Shown: positions 19,117 through 28,880 of the stretch, piece after piece
Position numbering within the stretch: position 1 is the stretch's first letter
How the letters are laid out: the number at the start of each line of letters is the position of its first letter
Source: Escherichia phage vB_EcoM_Kelasse
Reading direction: 5' to 3' (one strand)
DNA: 64,000 nt
Sequence record: MW749001.1
The notes under the pieces: model-generated
The model's database searches: none
What the model was told of the DNA's origin: nothing
Seen by the model: only the letters and a program-made list of their open reading frames with translations
Translations under genes and position numbers: made by a program

Positions 19117-19120
19117 AATG

Positions 19121-19507
19121 TTATTCGAGGGAAAGAAGATACTTACTCTGGTAAAACATCCCAGTAATATCATCTATCGTGCTTTGAATGGCTGGAGGCA
19201 TTTCTTTATAAATGCTGTTAGATTGGTCTAGTATGCGATCAATCATTTTAATTGTGTCGGTAGGAAGTTTACTAGCATCTGGAATTGAAGGTGTGTATTT
19301 TCTACCAGAATACCCCAAATATTGCTCACCAAATTTATCAATCAAATCTGGCAACTCGGAGAAAATAAAATCGTATGCTTTGTGTCTAGCATAACTTTTA
19401 GTTTCAAAATGTGCAGAATGAAAATAAGCTTGTGCAGCCATTAATAAACCTAAGTATTCATCTGCCTTTGAAGGTTTTCCACTTTGTGAAAAGTCGCTGA
19501 ATTTCAT
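19121..19507 (-). CDS. hypothetical protein adjacent to rI (128 aa)
   Basis: ORF ATGA-coupled downstream of rI. Confidence 0.5.
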   Translation of the reverse strand: MKFSDFSQSGKPSKADEYLGLLMAAQAYFHSAHFETKSYARHKAYDFIFSELPDLIDKFGEQYLGYSGRKYTPSIPDASKLPTDTIKMIDRILDQSNSIYKEMPPAIQSTIDDITGMFYQSKYLLSLE

Positions 19508-19797
19508 TCAGTCTCCAATTTAATGTTCATAATTCTAGCGTATGATTGTGCCATCTCCGCGCCTCGTTCTATACATTCAAAATCAGAAGAGCACGGGTCA
19601 TTTTTATAGGTCGTTCTCATAAAACTATAGAATTGTTCAGACGATTCTACGCTTTTATTTTCAAAAAGCATATAAACGTGCCTAATACCAGATTCCATAA
19701 ATTTATCAAAATGAGGATCGACATTCGCTTCAATCGATGGAGATAAAACAAATGACAATCCTAGCATGGCAAATAGTGCCGTTGCTTTTAAGGCCAT
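19504..19797 (-). CDS. rI: lysis-inhibition regulator rI
   Basis: 97-aa ORF with N-terminal signal-anchor (MALKATALFAMLGLSFVLSPSIEA) recognised as T4 rI. Confidence 0.85.
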   Translation of the reverse strand: MALKATALFAMLGLSFVLSPSIEANVDPHFDKFMESGIRHVYMLFENKSVESSEQFYSFMRTTYKNDPCSSDFECIERGAEMAQSYARIMNIKLETE

Positions 19798-19809
19798 AAA
19801 GGCCTCCTA

Positions 19810-20022
19810 TCATTTTTGTCCTGTATTTACTTTATGCCGATGTACGGCCTTAACTTTATCAAGGTATTTTTCAAAATTTCGCAATCTAGTATAGTCTGCC
19901 GGAGATTGGTTGAGTGATACTTCTCGACGCAAAGCTGAAATAACATTTCCAACTTCCCTACGAATTTCATCTAATTGAAGAACAGTAAGATTGCGAAGTT
20001 GCTTTTCAGTTAATTGTAGCAT
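19810..20022 (-). CDS. hypothetical protein (70 aa)
   Basis: ORF between tk and rI; TATAAATA late-promoter box just upstream. Confidence 0.45.
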   Translation of the reverse strand: MLQLTEKQLRNLTVLQLDEIRREVGNVISALRREVSLNQSPADYTRLRNFEKYLDKVKAVHRHKVNTGQK

Positions 20023-20047
20023 ATATACCCCTTTAGTTAGATAAACC

Positions 20048-20055
20048 TATTTATA
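20048..20055 (-). promoter_or_regulatory. late promoter TATAAATA upstream of rI.1/rI
   Basis: Minus-strand TATAAATA about 26 nt upstream of the ATG at 20022. Confidence 0.5.
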
Positions 20056-20064
20056 ACTTTTGCA

Positions 20065-20646
20065 CTAACCGAGCTTTTTAGTTAATTCATTCCAATGTTT
20101 TCTACACAAAGAAACATAAATTTCATCACCAATACAGATTTGATTACCTTCTTTAACTGGTGTTCCATCTTCCATTAATCGAGCTGTCATAATCGCTTTT
20201 TTGCCACAATGACAAACTGCTTTTAGTTCAATAAGTTTATCAGCAATCGCTAAAAGTTCTTTAGAACCTTCAAATAATTTTCCGGCGAAATCAGTCCTTA
20301 ATCCATAAGCCATAACAGGAACATTATATGTATCAACAATTCGACTCAATTGATGCACTTGTTCAGTTTTTAAAAACTGAGCTTCATCTACAAATACACA
20401 ATGAATATCTTTTTGTGCTTCAGCCCATTTATAGAACTCGAAAATATCCATATCATCTGTAATAATATTCGCTTCCTGTTTAATTCCAATGCGAGAAACG
20501 ACTTCACAGACAGAATCGCGAGTATCAATAGCAGGCTTAAGAACTAATACACCCATTCCGCGTTCTTTATAATTATGCGCAGCAGTCAAAAGAGAAGCAG
20601 ATTTTCCAGCATTCATTGCTGCATAAGTAAAAATTAAACTCGCCAT
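20065..20646 (-). CDS. tk: thymidine kinase
   Basis: 193-aa ORF with P-loop AMNAGKS and C-terminal CHCG...C zinc motif typical of type II thymidine kinases; matches T4 Tk. Confidence 0.95.
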   Translation of the reverse strand: MASLIFTYAAMNAGKSASLLTAAHNYKERGMGVLVLKPAIDTRDSVCEVVSRIGIKQEANIITDDMDIFEFYKWAEAQKDIHCVFVDEAQFLKTEQVHQLSRIVDTYNVPVMAYGLRTDFAGKLFEGSKELLAIADKLIELKAVCHCGKKAIMTARLMEDGTPVKEGNQICIGDEIYVSLCRKHWNELTKKLG

Positions 20647-20655
20647 ATCACCTTC

Positions 20656-20841
20656 TTAAAGCGTATTCACATAAGCTATTAATTCATTTTCTTTCTTATC
20701 AAACCGATCAGCAAATTCTTCCTGCTGTTCAGGAGATAGCGGGCCGTATTCATCATAAAAGGTGTTTGCTTCTGTATGCTCATCTAGAAGTTCATGGATA
20801 AGCTCAAACAATTTATCTTTTTGTTCTTTGCTTAGGCTCAC
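20656..20841 (-). CDS. hypothetical acidic protein (61 aa)
   Basis: ORF. Confidence 0.4.
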   Translation of the reverse strand: MSLSKEQKDKLFELIHELLDEHTEANTFYDEYGPLSPEQQEEFADRFDKKENELIAYVNTL

Positions 20842-21010
20842 AGTATGTCAATCCCCAAAAGTTTTAAAATGACTCGTTTCTGATTCATAACCGCTACGAT
20901 TGAATGACCGTTGGGGTCTTTTTGACCTGATCCAATTATAAATCCTTTTTGCGTAGAAAGTTTAATCAAAACATCAAGTTCACGTAATAATTGATATTTT
21001 AAATCATCAT

Positions 21011-21238
21011 TCATTTTGGTTTACCTTCTTTAACGAAATCAGGATAAGGATAAAATCCTGAATAAAATCCTTCACCTTTATGATTGATGCATCCTTTATT
21101 AGAACAATAGCACCAATAATCGAAATCACAAGCCATTTCATCGTTGCATAAAGCAAAAACAACCGGCCACTTACACTTTTCACAGTGGGCATTTTTAAGA
21201 ATACTAGTTTGGCTCATAACCATGTAACCTTTAAGCAA
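21011..21238 (-). CDS. cysteine-rich small protein (75 aa)
   Basis: 12 Cys/His in 75 aa (CEKCKW...CNDEMACDFDYWCYCSNKGCINH); preferred over the overlapping 21007..21192 frame. Confidence 0.4.
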   Translation of the reverse strand: MLKGYMVMSQTSILKNAHCEKCKWPVVFALCNDEMACDFDYWCYCSNKGCINHKGEGFYSGFYPYPDFVKEGKPK

Positions 21239-21426
21239 TATTCTTCTACATGTTGTTTACGACCTTTCTTATCAATAAAGGTATATTCAACGAATGTCCC
21301 AATGTAGTCTTTATCTACATCATGTGGACTATTAATTGGACATTTAGTACGGCAAATGCGTTCCCATTGACGAATAATTACTGCTTTGTTTTTAGGATCA
21401 AACGGATGTGGGTAATGCACTTTCAT
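21214..21426 (-). CDS. hypothetical protein (70 aa)
   Basis: ORF. Confidence 0.4.
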   Translation of the reverse strand: MKVHYPHPFDPKNKAVIIRQWERICRTKCPINSPHDVDKDYIGTFVEYTFIDKKGRKQHVEEYCLKVTWL

Positions 21427-21877
21427 AATCCACCACTATTAAATCAATATCAGGAGTAAACATGTCGATTAATTTAGAAACCTTATCCCAATCGCCGCCA
21501 GCAATACCACAACCTATGCGTGGAATGTAAATTACCGGTTTAAACAAAAGGGTTTCTGCCTGTAGATTTAATTCTATCATGCAGTTTACTAAAGCACCAT
21601 AATCAAGATTAGGACCTGGTTCGTATTGCGTATACAGGTTATAGCATATACCAAATCCCGTAGGACTATGTTTAAAAACAATAGACATATCGCCTAATTT
21701 ATCGCGAGAACCGTACTCAGTAGTGGTTTTATCTATTTCTAAAATTTTGGGATAGGCTCTGGCTAATTGACCCGCTACACCTGAACCCATAGTATGAAAA
21801 CAATTGCACCCGTGCGCAATAATATTACCTTGAAGAAATAGGGCGACAATATCGCCCTTGATATATTTTACAATCAT
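21398..21877 (-). CDS. macro-domain-like protein (ADP-ribose binding/processing fold)
   Basis: N-terminal GDIV...IAHGCNC...GSGVAGQLA and later RIGCGIAGGDW resemble macro-domain nucleotide-binding motifs. Confidence 0.55.
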   Translation of the reverse strand: MIVKYIKGDIVALFLQGNIIAHGCNCFHTMGSGVAGQLARAYPKILEIDKTTTEYGSRDKLGDMSIVFKHSPTGFGICYNLYTQYEPGPNLDYGALVNCMIELNLQAETLLFKPVIYIPRIGCGIAGGDWDKVSKLIDMFTPDIDLIVVDYESALPTSV

Positions 21878-22215
21878 CTAGTACTCAATCCTCGATTATA
21901 AGAATCTACCAAACGGTCAACCATTGAATGACAAGCGGCTTTATCTTTTTCCTCCGCAACTGAACATTCTAAGGTATTCCACTTTTTAGCATATCGTTTT
22001 AACAATGTATCATTTTTGTATCTGCTTGATTTATCTCTTTCTCCGTCTTTATATGCATATATTAATTTCTGTGCAAATTCAGCTTGGCATGCTTTATTTT
22101 TCCCGCAATAATCCGCTGCAGTACGGTTTACATACTCTCTAATTTCAGTATATGATGTATCTGCTAACGCAGAAAATGAAATTAATCCTATACATAAAAC
22201 CAAAATTTTAGTCAT
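21874..22215 (-). CDS. secreted small protein (113 aa)
   Basis: Cleavable signal peptide MTKILVLCIGLISFSALA; at the position of T4 vs. Confidence 0.5.
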   Translation of the reverse strand: MTKILVLCIGLISFSALADTSYTEIREYVNRTAADYCGKNKACQAEFAQKLIYAYKDGERDKSSRYKNDTLLKRYAKKWNTLECSVAEEKDKAACHSMVDRLVDSYNRGLSTR

Positions 22216-22753
22216 TTACTATTTCCAAAAGTTTATTATTTTTAAGGTAATTAGCCTTTTCTAGGACTTCAGAAGCATATTTAGAACCTGCTTTAACATT
22301 CCATCCCGAATTATAAGAGGATATTGCTTTTCTTATATCGCCCTTATGTATATTTAACCAATAAGAAAGTTCAATGTACGCCCAGGAAGCTGAATTGGAC
22401 CGTTTATTCAACATTCTTTTTATTTCAGCATCGGTCATATTATAACCAAGTTCCTTAACTCTTGCTCGCATAGTAGGCAAATAATTTTGGAACATTCCGT
22501 AGGCGTGATGCTTTGGTTTAGATTTTAAATTAACTCCGCCAGAGCTTTCTTGCCATAAAATAGCAGCCATTATATGACCTAATCCGCTCTTGTGGATATT
22601 TTTGTGTGTTTTATATTTTCCATCCTTAGAAAATTGTTCCCCGAATTGATACGCGTAACGCATGTTATCGAGTTGGACATTACTGAAAGTATGCTCGGAG
22701 CTATGCGCCATCATTGAAATGGCCAATAGACCAGCGAGTAGTGCTTTTCTCAT
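22208..22753 (-). CDS. secreted lytic-transglycosylase (SLT)-like protein
   Basis: Signal peptide plus SLT-like ES...GMFQ motif (ILWQESSGG...AYGMFQ). Confidence 0.6.
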   Translation of the reverse strand: MRKALLAGLLAISMMAHSSEHTFSNVQLDNMRYAYQFGEQFSKDGKYKTHKNIHKSGLGHIMAAILWQESSGGVNLKSKPKHHAYGMFQNYLPTMRARVKELGYNMTDAEIKRMLNKRSNSASWAYIELSYWLNIHKGDIRKAISSYNSGWNVKAGSKYASEVLEKANYLKNNKLLEIVND

Positions 22754-22760
22754 GCTTACC

Positions 22761-23222
22761 TCATTGAGTTTTAATTACTGCTTTAGAAGCCTTTCCTGGT
22801 AAACGACGACTGTTAATAATTGCCATCCTACATTGAAGTGACGGGTCTTTGAACTTCGCATTAGGTTTACAAACTGTAAATCCAAGCCAAAGATTTCCAT
22901 CTGTGATTTCTAAACGTCCAGGACGGTATTCAACCCCATCAATAAAATCCTCGTCAATGTCAGGACGCGGAGGCATACTCAGGAATTCATTAACTTCTAA
23001 AACATGGTCTTTTATTTTGTGGAATAATTCAAAAACATATGTCTCATCAATCTCCCGTTGAATTGCACGATCAAGAAGATGCTGAGAATATTTTAGATGA
23101 AACGATGAGACCCCTGCTGCTTTTGATGCCTCACGAATCTCATTGTTAATTTGACGAAACTCCGACTCAAAGTGACGACGAAGCTTATTTCGACGGATAA
23201 AAACTTCTGTGTTGATAGTCAT
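22761..23222 (-). CDS. regB: RegB site-specific endoribonuclease
   Basis: 153-aa ORF at the T4 regB position; size and sequence consistent with T4 RegB. Confidence 0.85.
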   Translation of the reverse strand: MTINTEVFIRRNKLRRHFESEFRQINNEIREASKAAGVSSFHLKYSQHLLDRAIQREIDETYVFELFHKIKDHVLEVNEFLSMPPRPDIDEDFIDGVEYRPGRLEITDGNLWLGFTVCKPNAKFKDPSLQCRMAIINSRRLPGKASKAVIKTQ

Positions 23223-23247
23223 GTTATTCTCCTCTTAACTGATAGAA

Positions 23248-23280
23248 AAATTATACCACAGTCAAGAGGAAAAGTAAACA
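23248..23280 (-). promoter_or_regulatory. T4-type early promoter upstream of regB
   Basis: Minus-strand GTTTAC, 17-bp spacer, GGTATAAT. Confidence 0.6.
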
Positions 23281-23281
23281 G

Positions 23282-23560
23282 TTATTCTTTAAATCTAATC
23301 AATTTATTCATAGACTTTGAAACTTCTGCACGAACCTCATGTAGGTTTTTAAGCTGTTCAAGACGCTGCTCATAGTAAGCAATTTCATCTTCTTCGAGAC
23401 AGTCCTGCGAATCTTCTTTAAGATAACGTGCATAGTCCTGGAAAGCTTTACGGACTACTTCCTGGAAGTCATCAAGACTTTGAATTTTCTTAGGAGCAAC
23501 AGATACACGACGAGGGGCAGTATAATACTCATAACCAAACCCTGCGCTTAATTGAGCCAT
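23282..23560 (-). CDS. hypothetical protein (about 92 aa)
   Basis: ORF track frame 23282..23602; start placed at internal Met giving TAATG coupling with upstream gene. Confidence 0.45.
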   Translation of the reverse strand: MAQLSAGFGYEYYTAPRRVSVAPKKIQSLDDFQEVVRKAFQDYARYLKEDSQDCLEEDEIAYYEQRLEQLKNLHEVRAEVSKSMNKLIRFKE

Positions 23561-23862
23561 TAATATTTTTCCTCTGGTTGGAACACAGCACGACAAGCCC
23601 ACATACTGGCTTCTTTGAGTTTCGTTTTAGCAATAGTTAACTGATCGAGGCTTTCAGCATAATTCTTCGCGAATTCACAGTCTTCACAATTATCTAGTGC
23701 TTCCCAGAATTCATCGTATAAAGCGTCAAAGATAAGTCCTAAACGAACTTCAGCGTCTTTAATAGCATTCACTTTACCTATTTTCTCTTCAGTATGTGGT
23801 TTATAACCCTTAATATCTTCAATCATATTTGACTTCCTCACCAGTACATAAATCATATTCAA
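23560..23862 (-). CDS. hypothetical small helical protein (89-100 aa)
   Basis: ORF; second/third gene downstream of denV-side array, region where T4 encodes vs.4 (Acb2); not verified. Confidence 0.45.
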   Translation of the reverse strand: MNMIYVLVRKSNMIEDIKGYKPHTEEKIGKVNAIKDAEVRLGLIFDALYDEFWEALDNCEDCEFAKNYAESLDQLTIAKTKLKEASMWACRAVFQPEEKY

Positions 23863-24040
23863 CTAAACGAATAGGTTCATGAATGCCATATCCCTGAACA
23901 GAAATTTCTGTCGTAGGATAAATTCCACTAATATCACCCATGTTCCACGCTTCATTAAATTGCTGTTCGCCTGAATTACTAAACCATTTGGCGAAAGCAT
24001 TTAGCACATCTTTAGAACCTTCAATAATTATCTTTGCCAT
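23819..24040 (-). CDS. hypothetical protein (73 aa)
   Basis: ORF. Confidence 0.4.
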   Translation of the reverse strand: MAKIIIEGSKDVLNAFAKWFSNSGEQQFNEAWNMGDISGIYPTTEISVQGYGIHEPIRLVEYDLCTGEEVKYD

Positions 24041-24402
24041 TACAAACTCTCAGTAAAGGTACGAGCGATAACGTCGCGCTGCTGTTCCGGAGTCAGAGAG
24101 TTAAAGCGAACTGCATAACCGGATACACGGATGGTCAGCTGCGGATATTTTTCCGGATGCTTAACTGCATCTTCCAGAGTTTCACGACGCAGAACGTTAA
24201 CGTTCAGGTGCTGACCACCTTCAATTTTAACTGTAGGCTGTGGTTCAATTTCAATTTCACGGGCATGCAAACCGTAGAAAATTTCTGGGTCTACAAAAGA
24301 GTCCTCTTTAAAGGTTTTAGAGACAATAATTCGTGCTTGAATACCATCTTCAAAATAAATAGTACCTTTATGTGTGCCTTCAAGAATTTGATATGCTTTC
24401 AT
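24040..24402 (-). CDS. GrcA/YfiD-like autonomous glycyl-radical cofactor
   Basis: C-terminal 60 aa ([59 protein letters not shown]) identical to E. coli GrcA as I recall it, including the RVSGY glycyl-radical motif; this DNA stretch is visibly GC-richer than its surroundings. Confidence 0.85.
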   Translation of the reverse strand: MKAYQILEGTHKGTIYFEDGIQARIIVSKTFKEDSFVDPEIFYGLHAREIEIEPQPTVKIEGGQHLNVNVLRRETLEDAVKHPEKYPQLTIRVSGYAVRFNSLTPEQQRDVIARTFTESL

Positions 24403-24408
24403 ATAACC

Positions 24409-24789
24409 TCAATTAGAAAATAAATTTATCCAAGATTGTTCTTTAATTAAAAATGGCTCAGAATCATATGCCATTAAACTTTGGGTAATTAGTCCTTTAA
24501 AAGGCCCATCAATAAATTCCATGGTAAAATATGGAATTTTATTCATTAATCTTGCATTAGGAGCAGTACACAAAACTCTGCATCCTTTGAATACGCCTTT
24601 TTGTAATTTGTATTGCTTAGGATAAAATTCGCTCAAGACGTTGTTATTTGCCAAAATTTCAAAATGATTCACCAATTTATTTTTAATAGTTTTTGGCGAA
24701 AAATAAAGATATTCGAAAAGTTGCGTGTCTGTCATCATTGCATTCCGATTATGAAAAACTGTGGACGAGTAATACCACCAATGCAACAC
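24409..24789 (-). CDS. hypothetical protein (126 aa, start may be internal)
   Basis: ORF. Confidence 0.4.
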   Translation of the reverse strand: MLHWWYYSSTVFHNRNAMMTDTQLFEYLYFSPKTIKNKLVNHFEILANNNVLSEFYPKQYKLQKGVFKGCRVLCTAPNARLMNKIPYFTMEFIDGPFKGLITQSLMAYDSEPFLIKEQSWINLFSN

Positions 24790-25322
24790 TTGCTATTACA
24801 ACAGTAATGTACAGTTTCAATATGAATATTGTAAATTTTATCCATATCAGGAGATTTAACAGGCTCATCAATTATATACAAAATCCGCGAAAGCGATAAA
24901 CCTCTGAACTTGCTTCCTTTATTACCGATAAAACTACGGACAGAATCGGTAAATAAGCGGAATCGAATATCATCGCTAGAATAACGAGAAAATTCTTTTT
25001 TAATGTGGCCCGCAGAAATTTTAGCGTAAGCTGAAGTATTAGAAAGAACAATAACTGTTCCACCATCATACAGCCAATTAGCAGCAAAGTTAGTCACAGC
25101 AGTTGATTTACCGGATTGTCTGCCACCATCTAATCGAAGTGTGCAATACTGCTTGAGTAAGTCTTCAAATGGTGGGATATAATCGTTTTTACAAATTTCT
25201 TCTACTCTAGCATCAGAATGGTGTGTAAAAGCATTCATCAGGGATAGATAAGGACCAGTTAAAAATGTTCTCATTTTATTCTCTCTAAATTTGGGCCATT
25301 CCATGGCGCATGAATTGTCCAT
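24735..25322 (-). CDS. small P-loop NTPase
   Basis: Walker A GGRQSGKST and Walker B-like ILYIIDEP. Confidence 0.5.
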   Translation of the reverse strand: MDNSCAMEWPKFRENKMRTFLTGPYLSLMNAFTHHSDARVEEICKNDYIPPFEDLLKQYCTLRLDGGRQSGKSTAVTNFAANWLYDGGTVIVLSNTSAYAKISAGHIKKEFSRYSSDDIRFRLFTDSVRSFIGNKGSKFRGLSLSRILYIIDEPVKSPDMDKIYNIHIETVHYCCNSKCCIGGITRPQFFIIGMQ

Positions 25323-25427
25323 TTCTGTATTTACCCATTACCGCACTTGGGCTCGACCTTATTACAGGTTGGCGGGAATCCCTCATAGAATCATGAGGTC
25401 CAGCTTGTTCCCATATTTCTTATTTGC

Positions 25428-25901
25428 TTATTTGAATGATTTGACGTACTGAATAGAACCTTTACTATTCACGAAAGCGATTTTACCATTTTTATTATAC
25501 ATGGTAGCAGTACGCTGATAGCCATAAGTTTGTTTACCAGATTGATAACCAACTAATGCGAAATTATCTTCACCCATTTTATTCTGTTTAGCGCGAATAC
25601 GTTCATGACCGTGTGCCATAAGAACCTTAGCATCACCAGTTGAAATTGATCTACGAGTTTTTTCATCTTCAACTGTATTAACAAAGTCGTCAAATGAATC
25701 AAATTTAGCATGGGATTTATTATACAGTTTTCCATCTACTGCATAATTATATCCCTGTACATCCATCTCAACTTCTGTACCATCATCCAATACAGCAGTG
25801 ATTTTTTGACCTTTTTTAAATTTCAAAAGATCAGTAAAAGATTCAGCAATAATTTGAGAATTAATAGCTGCTTCAGTGATAAATTCTTGATATGTTTTCA
25901 T
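25428..25901 (-). CDS. internal-protein candidate with capsid targeting sequence
   Basis: N-terminus MKTYQEFITEA matches the T4 internal-protein CTS (MKTYQEFIAE, gp21 protease site after the Glu); 157 aa. Confidence 0.6.
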   Translation of the reverse strand: MKTYQEFITEAAINSQIIAESFTDLLKFKKGQKITAVLDDGTEVEMDVQGYNYAVDGKLYNKSHAKFDSFDDFVNTVEDEKTRRSISTGDAKVLMAHGHERIRAKQNKMGEDNFALVGYQSGKQTYGYQRTATMYNKNGKIAFVNSKGSIQYVKSFK

Positions 25902-25910
25902 ATGTTTCCT

Positions 25911-26327
25911 TTAAATGTAAATATTTTTGCCGTAATACTTGTACCAGTGTGGCTTCATTAAAATTTTTTCATCGAGTCGTTGTTGACTCAATTTAATAGC
26001 TGATTTGCATGGATTATAATCATTTTTCCATTCTGCTGGAATATCGCTGATGTCAGGAACTTCAGTATCTTTTATACTAAACCCACGTTTTAAGCATTCC
26101 GTTATAATGTCTGATTGACGCTTTCGCAAAAATTCTAACTTATCGTAAAAGAACGTAACATGACCAGAGCCTAAAATAAACTCGGAAGATATTTTAAAAT
26201 CTTTAACCCGCTTACCATTTGCCACATGTTTACGAACTATACCAAAAACACGCGGCAATTCACGATACTCAGCCATAAGATGTTGGTCGGTCAGTTCAGA
26301 AACAAGTGTTAAATTGATACGAGTCAT
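25911..26327 (-). CDS. denV: endonuclease V (pyrimidine-dimer DNA glycosylase)
   Basis: [12 protein letters not shown]...[14 protein letters not shown]...WYKYYGK recognised as T4 endonuclease V; start at internal Met of the 142-aa frame gives 138 aa. Confidence 0.9.
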   Translation of the reverse strand: MTRINLTLVSELTDQHLMAEYRELPRVFGIVRKHVANGKRVKDFKISSEFILGSGHVTFFYDKLEFLRKRQSDIITECLKRGFSIKDTEVPDISDIPAEWKNDYNPCKSAIKLSQQRLDEKILMKPHWYKYYGKNIYI

Positions 26328-26344
26328 AATTTCCTCCAAGTAGT

Positions 26345-26385
26345 TGATGAATGTATAGTATCAAAGTCCTTGGAGGAAGTAAACA

Positions 26386-26386
<1 letters not shown>
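26345..26386 (-). promoter_or_regulatory. T4-type early promoter upstream of denV
   Basis: Minus-strand GTTTAC ... TACTATAC. Confidence 0.5.
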
Positions 26387-27188
<802 letters not shown>

Positions 27189-27644
27189 TTAAAAGAGGCT
27201 GTTCATTATTCGGTAAAGTGAAGGACCCATCACATATTGCCACTGAGTACGAGGAATAAGAGCAAAAGCATCCATCTCTGGAATCATAACACCATCTTTA
27301 TTTTCAAAATAAGACTCGCAATGGCAATTTCTAAACATCTCATGCTCTACTGGAATCGTATAATAAAACAGCTGTAAGTCTTTATTACTAGAATATTTAA
27401 ATACACCTAGGTCTTCTAGAAGGTCTGGATTATAATTGCTAAAACCGGTCTCTTCTAAGCATTCTCTTCGTGCTGCATCTAGTGCGCTCAAATCAGAATT
27501 TTCTACACGGCCTTTTGGAATATCCCAGCGATGTGCCATCATTCCAGGCTTACGAGAACCAGTAACCCGTCCCATGAATAAATCTTTATCTTCTGTCATA
27601 AAGATAATACCAGCTGATAATGTTTTCATTTTAATTTCCTGCAT
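27189..27644 (-). CDS. nudE: Nudix hydrolase
   Basis: Nudix box RRECLEETGF in a 151-aa ORF immediately upstream of e. Confidence 0.8.
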   Translation of the reverse strand: MQEIKMKTLSAGIIFMTEDKDLFMGRVTGSRKPGMMAHRWDIPKGRVENSDLSALDAARRECLEETGFSNYNPDLLEDLGVFKYSSNKDLQLFYYTIPVEHEMFRNCHCESYFENKDGVMIPEMDAFALIPRTQWQYVMGPSLYRIMNSLF

Positions 27645-28114
27645 TCGGTGATAAAATTATTTAAATTTTGAGTATATTTCTTTTCATCAAAAATCTTTTG
27701 CTGCCTACGTAAACGCCATGGCATTTCAATGAACGTGTACCATATCCCAGATAATATTGCTGCTGTAAAAATATTAACAAGTATGGTTAAAATAATCCAA
27801 TCTCCCGTTCTGTCTACTGGACTTTCTCCAAAGAAGCAAAATACAAATGATGTCACAGGAAAACTAATAATATACCACAGAATCATAATCTTATCTGTGA
27901 ACCAATCAGTGTTCGTTAATTTAGCGCGACCATTATGAATACACACGAATTTATCATCTGTTGCAGTAGATGGCTTAACTGGTTGATATCCCATTCTAAA
28001 CTCCCTAATCAGCAAATTTTTCATATCTTCGGAACAGCCATTCCAGTCAACTCTATCAACTGAAATGCCATCATCCCCATCATCTAAATCATACCAGCGA
28101 GTTTTTAAAATCAT
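27626..28114 (-). CDS. membrane protein (162 aa)
   Basis: Two predicted TM helices in C-terminal half. Confidence 0.5.
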   Translation of the reverse strand: MILKTRWYDLDDGDDGISVDRVDWNGCSEDMKNLLIREFRMGYQPVKPSTATDDKFVCIHNGRAKLTNTDWFTDKIMILWYIISFPVTSFVFCFFGESPVDRTGDWIILTILVNIFTAAILSGIWYTFIEMPWRLRRQQKIFDEKKYTQNLNNFITECRKLK

Positions 28115-28485
28115 TTGATTTTCCTACAATCATTCACGAATTCTTTCATTGATTCATTTTCAATATAAGACATGTAGTTATTATATTCTTTTAATTGTAT
28201 TTTGTAATCCTTTTTTCTTTGCCAATTTATTTTAAAATTATCATAATGAAAATATAAAATAATACCAAAGAATGAAAATAATGAAATCGCTATAGTATAA
28301 TGAAGTTCACTCCAAACTTCTATTATATCTACTATACCGCTGACATTACTGCGGATGTTTAAAATAATACAGTCAATCATTAATCCAATAAGACTACCAG
28401 CAAGAGCTGCAGCCAACGCCACAGCAAAAATTAAAAATGACTCAGAAAAAGAATATTTGACTTTATTTAGTTTTGGCTTTTGCAT
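28111..28485 (-). CDS. membrane protein (124 aa)
   Basis: Two predicted TM helices. Confidence 0.5.
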   Translation of the reverse strand: MQKPKLNKVKYSFSESFLIFAVALAAALAGSLIGLMIDCIILNIRSNVSGIVDIIEVWSELHYTIAISLFSFFGIILYFHYDNFKINWQRKKDYKIQLKEYNNYMSYIENESMKEFVNDCRKIK

Positions 28486-28880
28486 CGTGATTCCTTAACA
28501 AATTTCATAATTTCGTTAAATTCATGCATATCTAATTTAAGCTGGTGTTCCTTTTTAATCTTTTTACACTGAGCTTTCCATTCACGTACACGTTTACGAT
28601 AATGCCTTCCTTGATACCAATATCCTACCCAATTTACAGGTACCAATAAAAATGGAACTACTAATGGAAGAATTAATACTAACAAAAATATTACGCCAGA
28701 TTCAATATCAGTCATAAAGTCTATAACCATTCCAACAACCAATAGAATTACAAATGATATAGCTGTCACAGGACCTATTAATACATCAGTAGGAATTAGC
28801 TGACGCTTTAGTTCATACTTCACAGGTTTACTTGGAAGGTATAGTGATGGCTTTGACATATTCTCTACATTCCTTAACAA
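28467..28880 (-). CDS. membrane protein (137 aa)
   Basis: Two predicted TM helices followed by basic tail. Confidence 0.5.
   Translation of the reverse strand: MLRNVENMSKPSLYLPSKPVKYELKRQLIPTDVLIGPVTAISFVILLVVGMVIDFMTDIESGVIFLLVLILPLVVPFLLVPVNWVGYWYQGRHYRKRVREWKAQCKKIKKEHQLKLDMHEFNEIMKFVKESRCKSQN

Noticed and set aside
21007-21192. 61-aa hydrophobic ORF overlapping the cysteine-rich ORF 21011..21238 in another frame
   Set aside because: Almost complete overlap on the same strand; the Cys-rich frame is the more protein-like one, so only one was called.
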